A stretch of DNA of 64,000 nucleotides from NCBI GenBank assembly GCA_963693365.1, contig CAVNZM010000005.1:4781167-4845166 (forward strand), read 5' to 3'. Source of the stretch: Amoebidium appalachense (lineage: Eukaryota > Protista > Ichthyosporea). This document shows positions 13,016 to 25,589 of the stretch, piece by piece. The notes under the pieces were generated by a model that searched no databases, was not told where the DNA came from, and saw only the letters and a program-made list of their open reading frames with translations. Position 1 is the first letter of the stretch. Every line of letters begins with the position of its first letter. The position numbers and the translations under genes are program-made.

Positions 13016-14092
13016 CCGCGGCGTGTCTCCGTCTCATCAGTACCGACGGCAAATGCAACTTCACCACCATCACATCCCGCAACCAGCAGAGTCTTATGGA
13101 CTGTCGCATGGGGTGCCTCATAGACTACACCTCAAGCAACTGCAAGTATATCAGCTGGGAGTACTCCAAAAATGGTGTTGGTATTTGCAATTTTTACGCA
13201 AATTGCTCAAAGCCGGTCATTCCTGCTCCGTCGGTCGCTACCTATGAGGTTATAGGTGGGTGGGCACACTTCTCCCGTCCCCCTCCCCCCCCCCCCCCCC
13301 GCCAAAAAAAAAAAAAACGCGGGCCCTCTTCACCAACCTTCCTTCTCCCCCCCCCCCCCCCCCCCCCGTCTTATAAGCTTTTATTTTAAAACTCCTTTGG
13401 TGTATTCGTTTCTGCCTTTTGGCATTGTAACAGTTGGGAGTGCATTTGTACTTGGAACACCATTATGCCCGCCCACTTCCACCTCCTAAACCCTCCTTCC
13501 CCTATATAGCGCTAAGACCTAGGCATATAACCTACAAATCCCTATGGAGGTATCCTACAAATAAAATAATATAGTATTGGGCAGATTAGTGCATTTAGCT
13601 TGGTAGATACACTACAAATGCCTATGAGGATATACTACAAATATCTCGGCAGATATACCGAAAATACCTATGGATTCAGACAACAAATAAATAAACAGAT
13701 ATGTTCTACAAGTTGTACATGCAGATATACAGCAGATACCTAGCCCGATAAACTGAAATTGCGTTTTATGTGCAGACCAATGTGCATCCGGGTCGCACAA
13801 ATGCCCCAGCGACCTGGGTTGCTCGCAGAGATATCCCACCCCGGCCTATGAGTGCACTGAAGCAGATAAGGCAACACCTACAACCACCGACACATGCAAT
13901 TTGCACAGTAAATTTTCAACCCCCCCCCCCAGTTTTTTTTTTGTTTAGCCCGTTTTCCCTTTCTGCTCATCTCTTGTTTCGGACTAGAATGTAGAATAGG
14001 GTTGCAAATTCACATGGGTAAAGATCTTGAGGAACAACGAGGGAGCATGGGATATGCCGAATGATGGGATCCCCGTGGGGCCGGGCAGGCAA

Positions 14093-14149
<57 letters not shown>

Positions 14150-15290
14150 GTAGAGTGAAGCGGAAAGGGAACCCTCAAAAAGTGTGGCTCTCTCCATAAA
14201 TGTCCGTTTTATACGGATTTTACCCTGTGTCTGTTGTTTTGGCTTTAGTTTCTGCTATTGGGATCTTGTGGGCTTTGCCAGGAAGAAAAAGCGGAGTGAG
14301 CGTGCGGGATAGCCAATAATCCCCCCCCCCCCCCCCCCCCCCCCCCCCACCACCACCACCACCACCACCACACACAGTTGGAGCTGGTCTTCGTCTCAAC
14401 ATCTCAGACAAGGCCTGCCAGGGAACCCCCCTGACCCACCCGACCATATCGGGCACCATCACCGGCATTCCCCTTAGACTCTGTCGGGGTCGCTGTATTG
14501 AAACCCCTGGCTGCAAATTCATCAGCTACACACCCCGGCAGCGGAATTTCGGCCTGTGCACGATGTGGGCGAATTGCACGAACCCCGTTGTAAGAGCGGA
14601 TGGAACAAACATCTATGAGGTTATTGGTAGGTCCAAAAAAATCCTCCCCCCCCCCCCCCCCCCCTCCCCCTCTCCAAAAAAAAAAAAAAAATCCATGTGA
14701 ACCCCTCCCCACCAACCCCAACTCTACCCCAAGGCCCTAGCCCCAAATATATTTGCCATTTCGTAAATTTCAGTCCAACGGTTTATTTCATTGTCTTCCT
14801 ATCAACTTCTTGCTGTCTTGTGTGCTTCACTAGATAGGCGTATCCAGACTTTCTTTCTTGCCTTGCCCCCGACTCCTCCCCTCCCCTTTCTCCTTCCCCC
14901 CCCCCCCCCCCTTTTTTTTTTCCCCAGAAAACCCCGAAGCCTTAAAGCCAGAAACAAAACAAAAACCGAAACGCAAAAGGAAGGAAAAGAAGTAGGTGAC
15001 TTAGAATTCCTCTCGGCTGATGTATGTCACTAATAGTGTGCTATTCTCAGAGCAGCCAAGTCACCTGCAAAAACGACATAAATTATAATTTTTATTAATG
15101 TACAATGCATTGTGGTTCCAGAAATCCAGTATCAAAATAACCGGAACTTTCGCCTTTCAGACTACTGCAAATCCGGACTGTACACCTGCACGGCCAGCCA
15201 GCGCTGCACACAACGGTATTTTGGCAACCAGGCACATGACTGTGTGTGGGATCTGACCCCGACAAATAACACGTGCTCAGGTGTGTACAC

Positions 15291-15321
<31 letters not shown>

Positions 15322-15322
15322 C

Positions 15323-15369
<47 letters not shown>

Positions 15370-15468
15370 TGTGTGTGTGTGCTGTGTGTGTGTGTGTGTG
15401 TGCCTGTGTGTGTGTGTGTGTGCCTGTGTGCGCTAGTGTGTGCGTGTGTGCGTGTGTGTGTGTGCCTG

Positions 15469-15535
<67 letters not shown>

Positions 15536-16900
15536 TGTGTCTTAAAATCAGCCACTGACGTGTGCACAAAAAATACAGTTCCCATGGGATTCCGTCTGAT
15601 TGCGCCAACCGGCACATGCAACAACACTGCTCTGACGACATACACCGGCTACAACGTGCGTAATTGCCGCACGGCGTGCCGAACCTACTCCTCCAATCAG
15701 TGCAAGTTTTTCACATTGAATCACGTGAGAGGTGGGAGCGTGGGAAATTGCGCCCTTAATGCCACGTGCAGTTTGGTACCGGCGACCAATGAGGTCAGGG
15801 CCTACGAGATGATTGGTGAGTGTGCTCTGGGTTTTAAAATTCTAATCAAAAAGATTAAATTTTAGAAACCGCGATGCTACTATGTTCAATCTGGGTTTTT
15901 GTAACCATACAGAAGTCCCATCAAGAAAAAAAGAGACTTGAATATTTCCATCTGCACCTAGAACCATTGATCAGGGAGAATGTAGCTGCTTTTTTCGGTC
16001 ATTATCATAACATAAGTTTTTAAGTGATTATATCCAGCGGAATTCCCTACGAAACCACAATGACGGTCCACTTCTATATATTTCATCCATTCCCCATACT
16101 AAAACCAACTTTTTTTTTGTCCCACAATCAGACGTGTGTGCAAGTGGTATTCACACGTGCCGCAACGAGGACCAGTGCTACAATGAGTTTGAGTGCGGGT
16201 GGAGTGAAAGCATGGCAAGCAACAGCACCTGTGCAGGTAGAACATCCACCCCCCCCCCCCCCCCCTCCCTGTTCTCCACGTCTTCCCCCCCCCCCCCCCC
16301 CCAACCACCACGTGCACCACCCCCATGAGAAGCAGCAGCCCCCGGCGCAGGAATCTCCTTGGTTTTTCGGGCTCATGTTATGGGTTTCCGCATTGTTTGT
16401 CCGTTTCTTTCTATTTCTCTCTACCCACTAAGTATATAGATACAACCCCCCCTCTCCCCAGCCCCTTCTTCCCCCCCCCCCCCTCCCCTCGCCTCCCCCC
16501 CCCCCCCCCCCCTCCCCCCCTCCCTCCCCCCCCCCCCCCCCCTCCCCCCGCCACACCCCCATCCCCCCTTCCTCCCCTCTCGTCTCATTATCTCCCCTCA
16601 GGTCCGTTGCTTCCACACTTCGCCATTTCCATTCACTCTACCCCCCGCCCCTCCCTTCCCTCTGGGCATCCAGCCTTCCCTTACAAGCGTTTCTGTATTG
16701 TGCTCTCTTTGGTTCTTCTTAGCCTATGGCTTTACCGAGTTTGTCTACGTTATTCCACCTAAACCCCCCTCCTCCTCCCCCTCCCCCCCCTACCCCCCCC
16801 CCCCCCCCCCGGGAAAACAATCACTCGCAGCATATTCGGGAGCCGTTCTTGTGGCCACCAATCGGAGCTGCACCACGGCCAACACAACCAGATCAACTAC
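12195..16900 (+). CDS. Alternating EGF-like / PAN(apple)-domain extracellular protein, part 5' of the LTR insertion
   Basis: Phase 1-1 exons: EGF-like 12195-12314, 13776-13907, 15161-15280, 16132-16236 (D[YQV]C.sG.h.C...C...YEC...nsTC); PAN 13016-13255, 14378-14626, 15579-15815 (C...CxxxC...C[KT][FY]..C..C...YE[VM]I); first half of a 4th PAN exon at 16831-16900. All have AG/GT boundaries. The N-terminal exon was not identified. Confidence 0.8.
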
Positions 16901-17540
16901 TGAAAACCAGGGTGTGTATACACTAATACTATGCCCTAGTTAACATATGCAGGCTAGGAGAAGCACGTAAGTATAGAGGCAAGAAAGCGGGTGCTACAGC
17001 TAGTCTGACACCGCACGACTAGTGTAACGTTTACTCGGACACACAGCCCCGCCCAAGTGACCCAAGTCTGGAATGTACCAGCCTTTTATAGTCCCTTGGT
17101 TTCCGCCGGTCCGGAGAGCACTGCTCGCATACTTTTGTAAGGCGACAGCCAATAGGCATGTGGCCCTACTTAAAATAAAGTACATGACATATACATGAGT
17201 ACATGAGCTTCTCCTGGGTGATCATAATCTAGCTTCAAGTTATACTACAGTGCTACATGTGTATGTCTAGTGCCCAATAAAGTGTATACGGCACACAGTG
17301 TGTGCCGTACACCTAAGATACATGCTGGCAAAGTGTTCACGTTCTTTGCATCGCTCCTAACTGCATACTTAATGTGCAGAGTAACTGCCCTAATAAGGAA
17401 TACAGCTAAAAGTGATGCAGCCGATTGGTAGCTGCTTCCGAGGCTCTATTCCAGCCTCTGGCGAGAAGACACAAAGGCACGTAGACTGGTTGTGGGGGAA
17501 CAGCACGGTGTGCACGTGAATGTACACAACCATGTCTACA
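16901..17540 (-). repeat. 3' LTR of outer element
   Basis: Direct repeat of 32844-33483; one substitution seen by eye (gtgtAtacgg vs gtgtCtacgg). Confidence 0.95.
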
Positions 17541-17553
17541 CCCCCCCCTCCCT
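17541..17553 (-). promoter_or_regulatory. Polypurine tract of outer element
   Basis: The minus strand reads GGGAGGGGGGGG immediately before the TG start of the 3' LTR. Confidence 0.8.
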
Positions 17554-17609
17554 AGGGGCAGCGAAGGGCAACTGCACCGAGTGCCCACATGCCATGCCCT
17601 TAAGGGGGA

Positions 17610-18520
17610 TCAACCTTTACGTCTGCGTTTGCGCACATGCTGTTGGGTGTCCTTGCGCTGATTTTTGATTGGCTCCTCACTGGGGGGCCGAATCACTTGC
17701 TGCAAATAATCAGCTAAGGCATCCGAGGCCGACTCAGACAAGTTTGCATGTGACTCCCACGAATCATCGGTGGCCTTAAACCCCTTCCAGCGAACTTTGT
17801 AGAGGGCGCGACCATTTTCCCATTTATGGTCAATAATCTTGGCCACTTCCGCGGTCACAGCGTCACCTGCCACACGGGACTCAGGTAGTGGGGTAGGAGG
17901 TCCATCCGTGCGGGGTACATAGGGTTTAAGGAAACGAGCGTGCGAACGCTCCACATCCTGTGTCCCCACCCGCTGAATATCGTAGGTAAGTGGCGCGACT
18001 TTGCGCAAAACCCGGTAGGGCCCCACCCACTTGTCCCGTAGGCTAGCAGCCTCATACAGCTGGTTACCATCACCATCAACCACCTTCTTGTTGTTAAGGG
18101 TGTTGTCGAGCTTGAGCACCAAATCTGCCAAATCGGGAACAGGCCGCGCCTTCTGATTGGCTGATTTGCGGTGCCGATCTTGCTCGGTAACCATACGTGC
18201 ACGAACCACATCGCGCGCATAGGTCAATCGCTCCCAGAGTGCATACCGCTACTCCTTAGTGGCGCCGCTGTACTCGGGGCCCAGTTTCTCCACAAAGGGG
18301 TCACGGGGGTCCCGGCCATACAAAAGGAAGAAAGGACTGTCGCCCAGTGCGGAGTGCATAGCCGTGTGGTAGGCAAACAGCACCTGGGGCAAAAACGTGT
18401 CCCACTCCGTTAACTTATCTGTAGCCACTTGCGCAAGAATACTTCACTCTTAAGGGTGCGATTGAACCGTTCAACCAGCCCATTTGTCTGGGGGGAGTAG
18501 GGTGACGCGAGGATCTGGCG
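17610..18520 (-). pseudogene. Outer element integrase C-terminal half plus chromodomain
   Basis: [16 protein letters not shown] (catalytic E region), GPY motif (KWVGPYRV), chromodomain VAKIIDHKWENGRALYKVRWKGFKATDDSWE. Frameshifted, and separated from the N-half by the nested element. Confidence 0.85.
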
Positions 18521-18525
18521 ACTAG

Positions 18526-19302
18526 TGTTATGTCTCCGCGGCGAGCATTCGTGTCAATCGATCGATTCAGATCTATTCAGATCTATTTGCTTTATTTACA
18601 ATTCGTCGGTGCCGGCTCATCCAGTCAGATGTCGGCGTTTGCTGATGAATGAGCCAATCATAAATGTTATATCTGCTTTTCCAATCGGATGATCGAATAC
18701 AATTACATATGTTCGGTTACTTGGAAACGAACTACAGTGAGACTCGCGTGAGTGGACACTTATGGCCTCTTCTGTGTTGATTGGAACACGTAAATGCTGC
18801 GGCCATAGAGAACGAATAACTAACAAGCAGGTTGTGAGTGATTGGGGAGTCTCATATTCGACCAGTCATGTTGAGGGCATCCCGGTAAAGTCCAGCTGCA
18901 ATGAGTGGTCGTTGTAAACCTGCAGTTACACATGTGAGAGAGACAGCACTCCGAAAGGTAACTGGTAACCAAAGTCACAAACAGGAAAAGTACTGGTACC
19001 TGTTTATTTGGAGTATATTTCGGGGCTGTGTAAGTCATAAGTCATGCAGCAGTAAAGATTATATATGAGTGTTAGAACCGGCAAGAGACCAAGTAGTCAC
19101 ACACAGTAATTACTAGCCCTGTACTAATCTGTAATATGATTGGTCGGCTAGGGAGTTGTGTAATTGGTCAAGTAATCTTGTCCGGGTCGACCATCCGTAT
19201 ATAAACGCACGCATCGATCCTCTGAAATCCAGTTCAGAGTGAACCCCGTTTACACTCATACACATACATTTTACACTGAAGTGTCCGTGAGGATACTTTA
19301 CA
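18526..19302 (+). repeat. 5' LTR of nested element
   Basis: 777 bp; TATATAAA at about 19198; repeat of 25590-26369. Confidence 0.95.
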
Positions 19303-19366
19303 AGCTACACCAATCCAATTGCTATATTGCAAAACTTCCGTCTCGGCTGTTGCTTTCGCCCCCAAC

Positions 19367-20764
19367 ATGGAGCCGGAACCCCCCTTTTCGCCGGTCGCGG
19401 GGCTGAGTGCAACCTTCGCCCAAGCTCTTGTTTTTGGCCCCCTCGGCAAGCTCAAGGATGTCACCGTCGGCAAGTTCACCCAGTGGCGCGGCCAAGTTAT
19501 GGACCCGCAGGATGAAATAGACCCGGAGTTTCTCGACGCTCTGCCCCCCAGTTTGATGGAGTGGCAAGACCCCATTGTGATGGATGAAGTGTTCTACGAC
19601 GCCCCTGCGGCCAAGGCTTTTCAGGTTCCTGAAGTGTGTGCTGCGGCTGCGGCTATGATGGAGAAGCTTAAGATTCCTCAGCTCTCCAAGGCTGATAACG
19701 TGTTTGAATGGTACCGTCTCATCGATCGCATCGCCAAGCTGTCCCCCGACACTCCCCTGGCCCAGTGGCAAGTTATGATTCTGCAGAGTGTGAACCGGGC
19801 AAGTGGTGATCCTCGTGTGTTGGAGATGGCTACCCTCCTTGACGACTACATGGATCCTGAAAACGACAACAAGACGGTGCCGGTTCGTGCCCTCGGCATT
19901 GACGGCGAGGTGCGCTCGGAGGATTCTCTTCTTCACCTGGCCTCTCGGACACCACTGAAGACGACTCGCCCTATGCACAAGGGCAAGGGTGAGATTTTGC
20001 AGGTCGAAGTCGAATTGACGGCGTCTGAGTGGCTGCTGTGTTTCATCGAGAACTACTGGCTGACCAACATTCGGCGTGAATCATATGAGACACAGATCCG
20101 GGCCCTCCGTTTCACTCCCACGTCGGATGCCACGGCTGCCAGTATTGGTGGCCAAGTGACGGCACACACCAACACGTTTCGCCGTCTGCTGGAGTTAGCT
20201 GGTTTGAACACCGACGTCAGCGGTCAAATGCAACGTAGTTTATACAGGAATACGTTTGAGGCCGATGCGCAGTTGTGGGAAATAGCTCAGGCAAATGGCA
20301 AGCTTGATGAGGCTCAGTCGAAAATTATTAACAAGCTCGAGGGTCGTTTCGCTAGTCGGCAGGCGGCCAAGAAAGCGCAGGTCAATAGTGTTTCCACCCC
20401 AGGTAACAACGGTAGTGGTATTGGTGCTCCGGAGATTGCTGCCCTGCAGGCTCAGATAGCTAGCTTATCGGCTCAGGTGGCTGCCTTCCAGGCTGCCGGT
20501 GGTAAGGCCAAAAATGACCGTCAACCCCGTCGCCCGGCTCCCTATCAGAAAAACGGCAAGCACGGTAGCCAACAGGGTAGTGAGAGACCAGTCGTGCCTA
20601 TTTCAGAACGAGTTTGTTTCCATTGTACTGGGATAGGGCATCAGAAACGGGATTGTCCCAACCGAAAATTGCCTAAGACCTTTCCCTCAGCCCCCGAAGG
20701 TATTAGGTGGAAAGATCATGCTCAGCAGGCGTCGGCTAAAATTTTGGCCGAGCGTCGGCGTTGA
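19367..20764 (+). CDS. gag: Gag of nested element
   Basis: caacATGG start at 19367; CCHC knuckle CFHCTGIGHQKRDC; ends with TGA at 20762-20764. Confidence 0.85.
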   Translation: MEPEPPFSPVAGLSATFAQALVFGPLGKLKDVTVGKFTQWRGQVMDPQDEIDPEFLDALPPSLMEWQDPIVMDEVFYDAPAAKAFQVPEVCAAAAAMMEKLKIPQLSKADNVFEWYRLIDRIAKLSPDTPLAQWQVMILQSVNRASGDPRVLEMATLLDDYMDPENDNKTVPVRALGIDGEVRSEDSLLHLASRTPLKTTRPMHKGKGEILQVEVELTASEWLLCFIENYWLTNIRRESYETQIRALRFTPTSDATAASIGGQVTAHTNTFRRLLELAGLNTDVSGQMQRSLYRNTFEADAQLWEIAQANGKLDEAQSKIINKLEGRFASRQAAKKAQVNSVSTPGNNGSGIGAPEIAALQAQIASLSAQVAAFQAAGGKAKNDRQPRRPAPYQKNGKHGSQQGSERPVVPISERVCFHCTGIGHQKRDCPNRKLPKTFPSAPEGIRWKDHAQQASAKILAERRR

Positions 20765-23700
20765 CGGGGCGCTGAGAGTGGGGTAGAGTATATTGCAGTT
20801 GAGGCTATGTGCAGTGATAGTGAAATGTCTAAAATCAACGTGTCTTGTTATACAGATACTGTTGAAGTAAATAAGACAATAAATCACTCACGGCCTGGTG
20901 CCGTAAATCAGTCAGTTAAAACTGCTGTGGTGCAATTTACCCCCTCTCTCGTTGAGAATCAGCATGAAGCTAAGTCTTTCCCCCGTTCCCCCCTTTCCCC
21001 CCCTTTCCCCACACCCCCCACCCCCCCTTCCTCCCGTCCCCCCCTTTTCCCCTTCCCTCACCCCCTCCCCACCCCCCCCACCCCCCTCCCCCCCTTCCAA
21101 TATTTCTGTGTCGGTGATAGAGACTAGTGTGGAAAGTAGTGAAGTGGAAATTTCTGTGTTACAGGAAGTGTTTGCATCTTTAATTCAGCCAGAAGCACGG
21201 TTATATGTTCCTGTGGTATTGGGTGATGTTCAAATTCATGATGCTCTTTTAGATGGTGGTGCAAACATTAATTGTGTGCATGAAAAAGTTATTTGTAATT
21301 TAATGAAGATGGGTGCACGTGTTACAATGTTTTCAAATAACTTAGTGAGTGGTGTGAAGACTGCTAATCCTGATGCATCGTTGAATGTGGTGGGCCGGGT
21401 CACTCTCCCATGTACCATTGGTTCCCACACATTATTTGTCACGTTTGCTGTTTGTGCAAACATGGGTCAGAGTATGATTTTAGGCCGTCCATTTTCAAAG
21501 GCACATGTTAAATTGTTAGATGAAGAATCTAATAAGTTGCATTTGAAGAAGGGTGGTAGTGTACGTTTGCACACGGGTACGGAGGGGTATCAAAGTACTG
21601 CACACACTGTCAGCGAAATTTGTGTACCTCCCCACAGTCGTGCATTCGTCCGGGTGAACTTAGACAAATTTGCTGTCGTGGCAGATATAGGTGTCTTTGT
21701 TCCGGCAGCTAGGTTACTTCCATTTGTGAGTCCTTCATATAGTAAAGTGGCGGCTGATAAAACAATCATGATCGAAGTAGAAAATCGAAATTTTGATTCA
21801 GAATTAGTAATACCTGCTGGCACGCGATTGGGATATATCGAAGGGCAGCTGCCTTTCGATACAGTTGTTGCAGAAATAGTTATCCCCACCCCCGAGCTAC
21901 CTTCAGATAAACTTAGTAATCCGGAAGCATGTGGCCAGCCCGAGACATCAACACCAACAGGAAGTCGCTCGCCTACGGTTGATGGTGTTTCAGTGTCTGC
22001 GGTTACCACGGTGTCTGGTCATCAGTCCGATGCAGTAGGTGTCAATCCCTCATCCACAGAAAAGGGCCCTTCTAGTGATGATATTGGTAAAGCAGACGGA
22101 GTGTGTGCAGGTGAAGGTGCAAGTAGTAACTGTAACAAGGAGGGTGATTCCGGTGAAGTGAGTCTCCCCTGGGGTATGGTAGATCCAGGTTGGACGGATC
22201 AGCAACGTGCCTTAATTCTTCCCATGTTAAATCGAGTCAAAAATGTATTTCTTAGGCATCCAAAAGATCACGGTTTTGTGAAGGGATATACAGTGGCAAT
22301 TGATACAGGTGATGCCAGTCCTGTGGTGATGCCTCAGTATCGAATGGAGCAATCGAAATTAGAGTCAGGTAGGCAAATGATTAGTGAATTTCGAGAAATG
22401 CAGATTTTAGAGCCTAGTAAAAGTCAGTGGCGGTCACCGGTACTTTTAATTAAAAAACCAGACGGGTCCTACAGGATGTGCACAGACCTACGCGGCCTTA
22501 ACTCTGTCACTAAAAAGGATCTCTTTCCCCTTCCCCGTATTGATGAATTACTTGATAGTTTTCATGGCTATAAGTGGTTCTGTGTCCTCGATTTGAAAAA
22601 TGCATTTTTTCAGTGTCGGCTTAGGGAAGAGGATAAGGAGAAGACTGCTTTTGCATTCGATGGTGAGTTGTGGCAGTTTACTGTGATGCCCCAAGGTCTT
22701 GTGCATGCACCTGCAAATTTGTGTCGTATTATGCGCGATATCTTGCGTCCGTGTTTATCGTATACGGCGTGTTATATGGATGACGCATGTGTCAAAGGGA
22801 GAACGTTTGAAGAATTAGTTTCTAATTGTGAAAAAGTGTTCTCTGTGTTGGAAGCTGCTGGTATGAAAGTGAGTGGTAAAAAGACCATAGTGGGGGTGCA
22901 AGATGTTAAATTCCTGGGTCATAGGATCACGAAGGATGGTGTTATTCCTGATCCTAGTAAAATCAAGGCTATTACAGAATGGCCTCACCCTAAAACGGTC
23001 ACTCAGCTCAGGCAGTTTCTAGGACTAACCAATTACCTCCGTCGTTTTATACGGAGGTATGCCGAAATTGCTCACCCTCTTACTAAGCAGACAGGTGGTG
23101 ACAGAAAAGCCCCCGTGTTGTGGGACTCTGAAGCTTTAGAAGCTTTTGAACGGTTAAAAGAAGTATTGGTAAGTGATAATGTTCTCGTTCACCCCGATTT
23201 CTCCCCCACACAAGGTATTTTCCGAGTTCGGGTAGATGCCAGTTTAGTCAGTGAGGGTGGCATACTGTATCAAGAACAGGATAAAGTAGATAGAGTAGTT
23301 GCATATGGCAGTCGAGTATTTTCCCCCACGGAACGACGTTACAGTAATCCAGAACGGGAAAGTCATGCTATCTATCATTTCATTACCAAAGAGTGGAGAC
23401 ATATTTTGGTAGGTAGGACGTTTGAGGTGTATTCTGATCACAAACCTACTTTAGCCATGAAAGGTCTTACTAAGCTAACCAACGAACGCATGCAACGGTG
23501 GGCTGCAGAGTTAGCTTCGTTTGATTACAAGGCTTTTTATGCAAAAGGTGAAAGTATGAAAGATTGTGATGCACTCAGTAGAAATGCATACATCGAGTAT
23601 GATAAATTCACCCAAACACACCCTTTTGATGGAGTAAATGTTGAAGTAGATTCAATCAACGTGTCAAATCAGCATGTGTGGGCTGCTGAAGTAGACATCT

Positions 23701-25540
23701 CCTCTCTTAAGGATAGTATGGTGAAGGTAGGGGCCCCGGTACACGGTGGGACCCCGAATTCGTTCACCTCTCCTTCCCAGTTTTCTACACCTGTTTTTCA
23801 GGAACAGGTGGTGTCGTCACATTTGCACGACGTGATATGTCAAGTGGAGCAACGTCCAGGGGATATGGTTTTTTCGGTGGATAAACCCACCAAAGGCCAA
23901 CGTCGTCGGACATGGGAAAATCGTACAAAAAGGTGTGCTCTCCAATGTGTGTTGCAAGATGGTGTTCTTTATCATTTAAGTGGGCCACAAGGTCAACGTT
24001 TGTGGGTTCCCCCTCGTTTGGTTGATATGGTGCTTGAACACATGCATGATGCTCCGTGGGCGGGTCATTTAGGTGTGTCCCGTACATATCAACGTGTGCA
24101 AGTGAATTATTATTGGCCTGGCATGAGTAAGGATGTGGAGAGAAAGGTGTTGGGATGTCATGCATGTGCATTTCACAATCAATCCACACACATGCGAAGT
24201 CGGGTCCCCCAGTATCATGGTACTTTTATTAAGGCTTTTGAACGGGTAGCTATGGATGTGATGGGGCCTTTCCCCGAAACAGTGCAGGGTAATCATTATA
24301 TTGTTACTCTCACTGATTTAGCTACACGTTGGACTGAAACTGTCCCTATTCGTTCAAGTGATGCAGTGACGTTGGCACGTGTGTTTTTGCATCATGTTTG
24401 TCTTCGTTTTGGCCCCCCCGTTCTGTGTTAAGTGATAGGGGTAGCTCATTTTTGTCTGAAATAATGAGTGAGGTGTGTAAACTGTTGGGTGTGTCATTGT
24501 TGCATACGTCTGCTTACCACCCTCAAGCTAATGGCGTTGCTGAACGTGCACATGCAGTGTTTCAATCGTGTTTAGCAAAATATGTGGATATGGAGCACGC
24601 TGACTGGGATAGTGTACTTCCTTTTGTGGTGCATGCTTATCGTACCAAACCTAATGCTATCACTGGTTTTTCTCCGTATTTTCTTGTGCATGGTCAGGAG
24701 TGTACCGAGTTCTTAGATGTGAGTATGCTTCCTGCCTTCTCTGGTCCTCTCCGTATGGAAGAGTGGACTAAGTATAGGGAGGAGGTGTTGGCTCGAGTTT
24801 TGCATGCCCGTGAAGTGGCACGGCAACGTACAGAGCAAGCACATGAATCTCTTACTAACAGCACTAACACTAACATTCCTCTCCGTACTTTTAAAGTGGG
24901 CAGTAAGGTGTTGGTTAGGAATTTCACCCGTGCTAAGGGTGGCCCCGTGAAGAAATGGAGACCACGGTTCTTGGGTCCATATATAGTGTTAGCCCGGATA
25001 GGTAGTACTGAATACAAACTCCGGCATACGGTGAATGAGGACGATATTCGCCAGTATAACGTCGACGACATTAAGGCTTACCACGAATTTGCCTTCCGTG
25101 CTCTTTCGACGTTTTCTCAGTGTCCTAACACCCAGCATAACGGTATTCCAGAGTTAGGTGGCATGGACACCACGGTAGAGAAAATTTTGGATAAGAAAGT
25201 AGTTACAGTCAACGGCCATGCAACCACTTATTATCGAGTCAAATTTGCAGGCTACGACACGGCTTTCAATCAGTGGCGTCCAGAGTCTTTATTATGGTGC
25301 CTAGAGTTAATCCAAGCATACGAACGTCGGGTAGTTAGACAACCTTCTCATCCTAAGGTTGTTGTTCCTAGAAATCCAAAAACACCACGGGTAGACAAAC
25401 AGGTCGACGTCACTCAGTCGGTGAGTGTTAACTCGACACCAAATGCTACAGATGCACGCACGGCTCGTCTTTTACGACGACGGCAGTTGCGCGATGTTCT
25501 GTTCCCACGGCGGGAAAAGAAACTTGAATCGATGTGTTAA
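20765..25540 (+). CDS. pol: Pol polyprotein of nested element (PR-RT-RNase H-IN-chromodomain)
   Basis: LLDGGA protease, YMDD RT, RNase H (VDAS...RESHA...YSDH), HHCC integrase, DDE core, GPY and chromodomain (VEKILDKK...YYRVKFAGY). The two frame breaks lie in C homopolymers (about 20990-21097 and 24413-24419) and are probably sequencing errors. Confidence 0.9.
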
Positions 25541-25589
25541 ACTTTGTCTCTTCTTCGTCGGAGCTCAGATTTCCTGCTGAGGGGGGGAT

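Noticed and set aside
24411-24431. Programmed frameshift within the nested integrase
   Set aside because: One extra C in the C7 run restores FGPPRSVLSDRG; a homopolymer error or point mutation is more likely.
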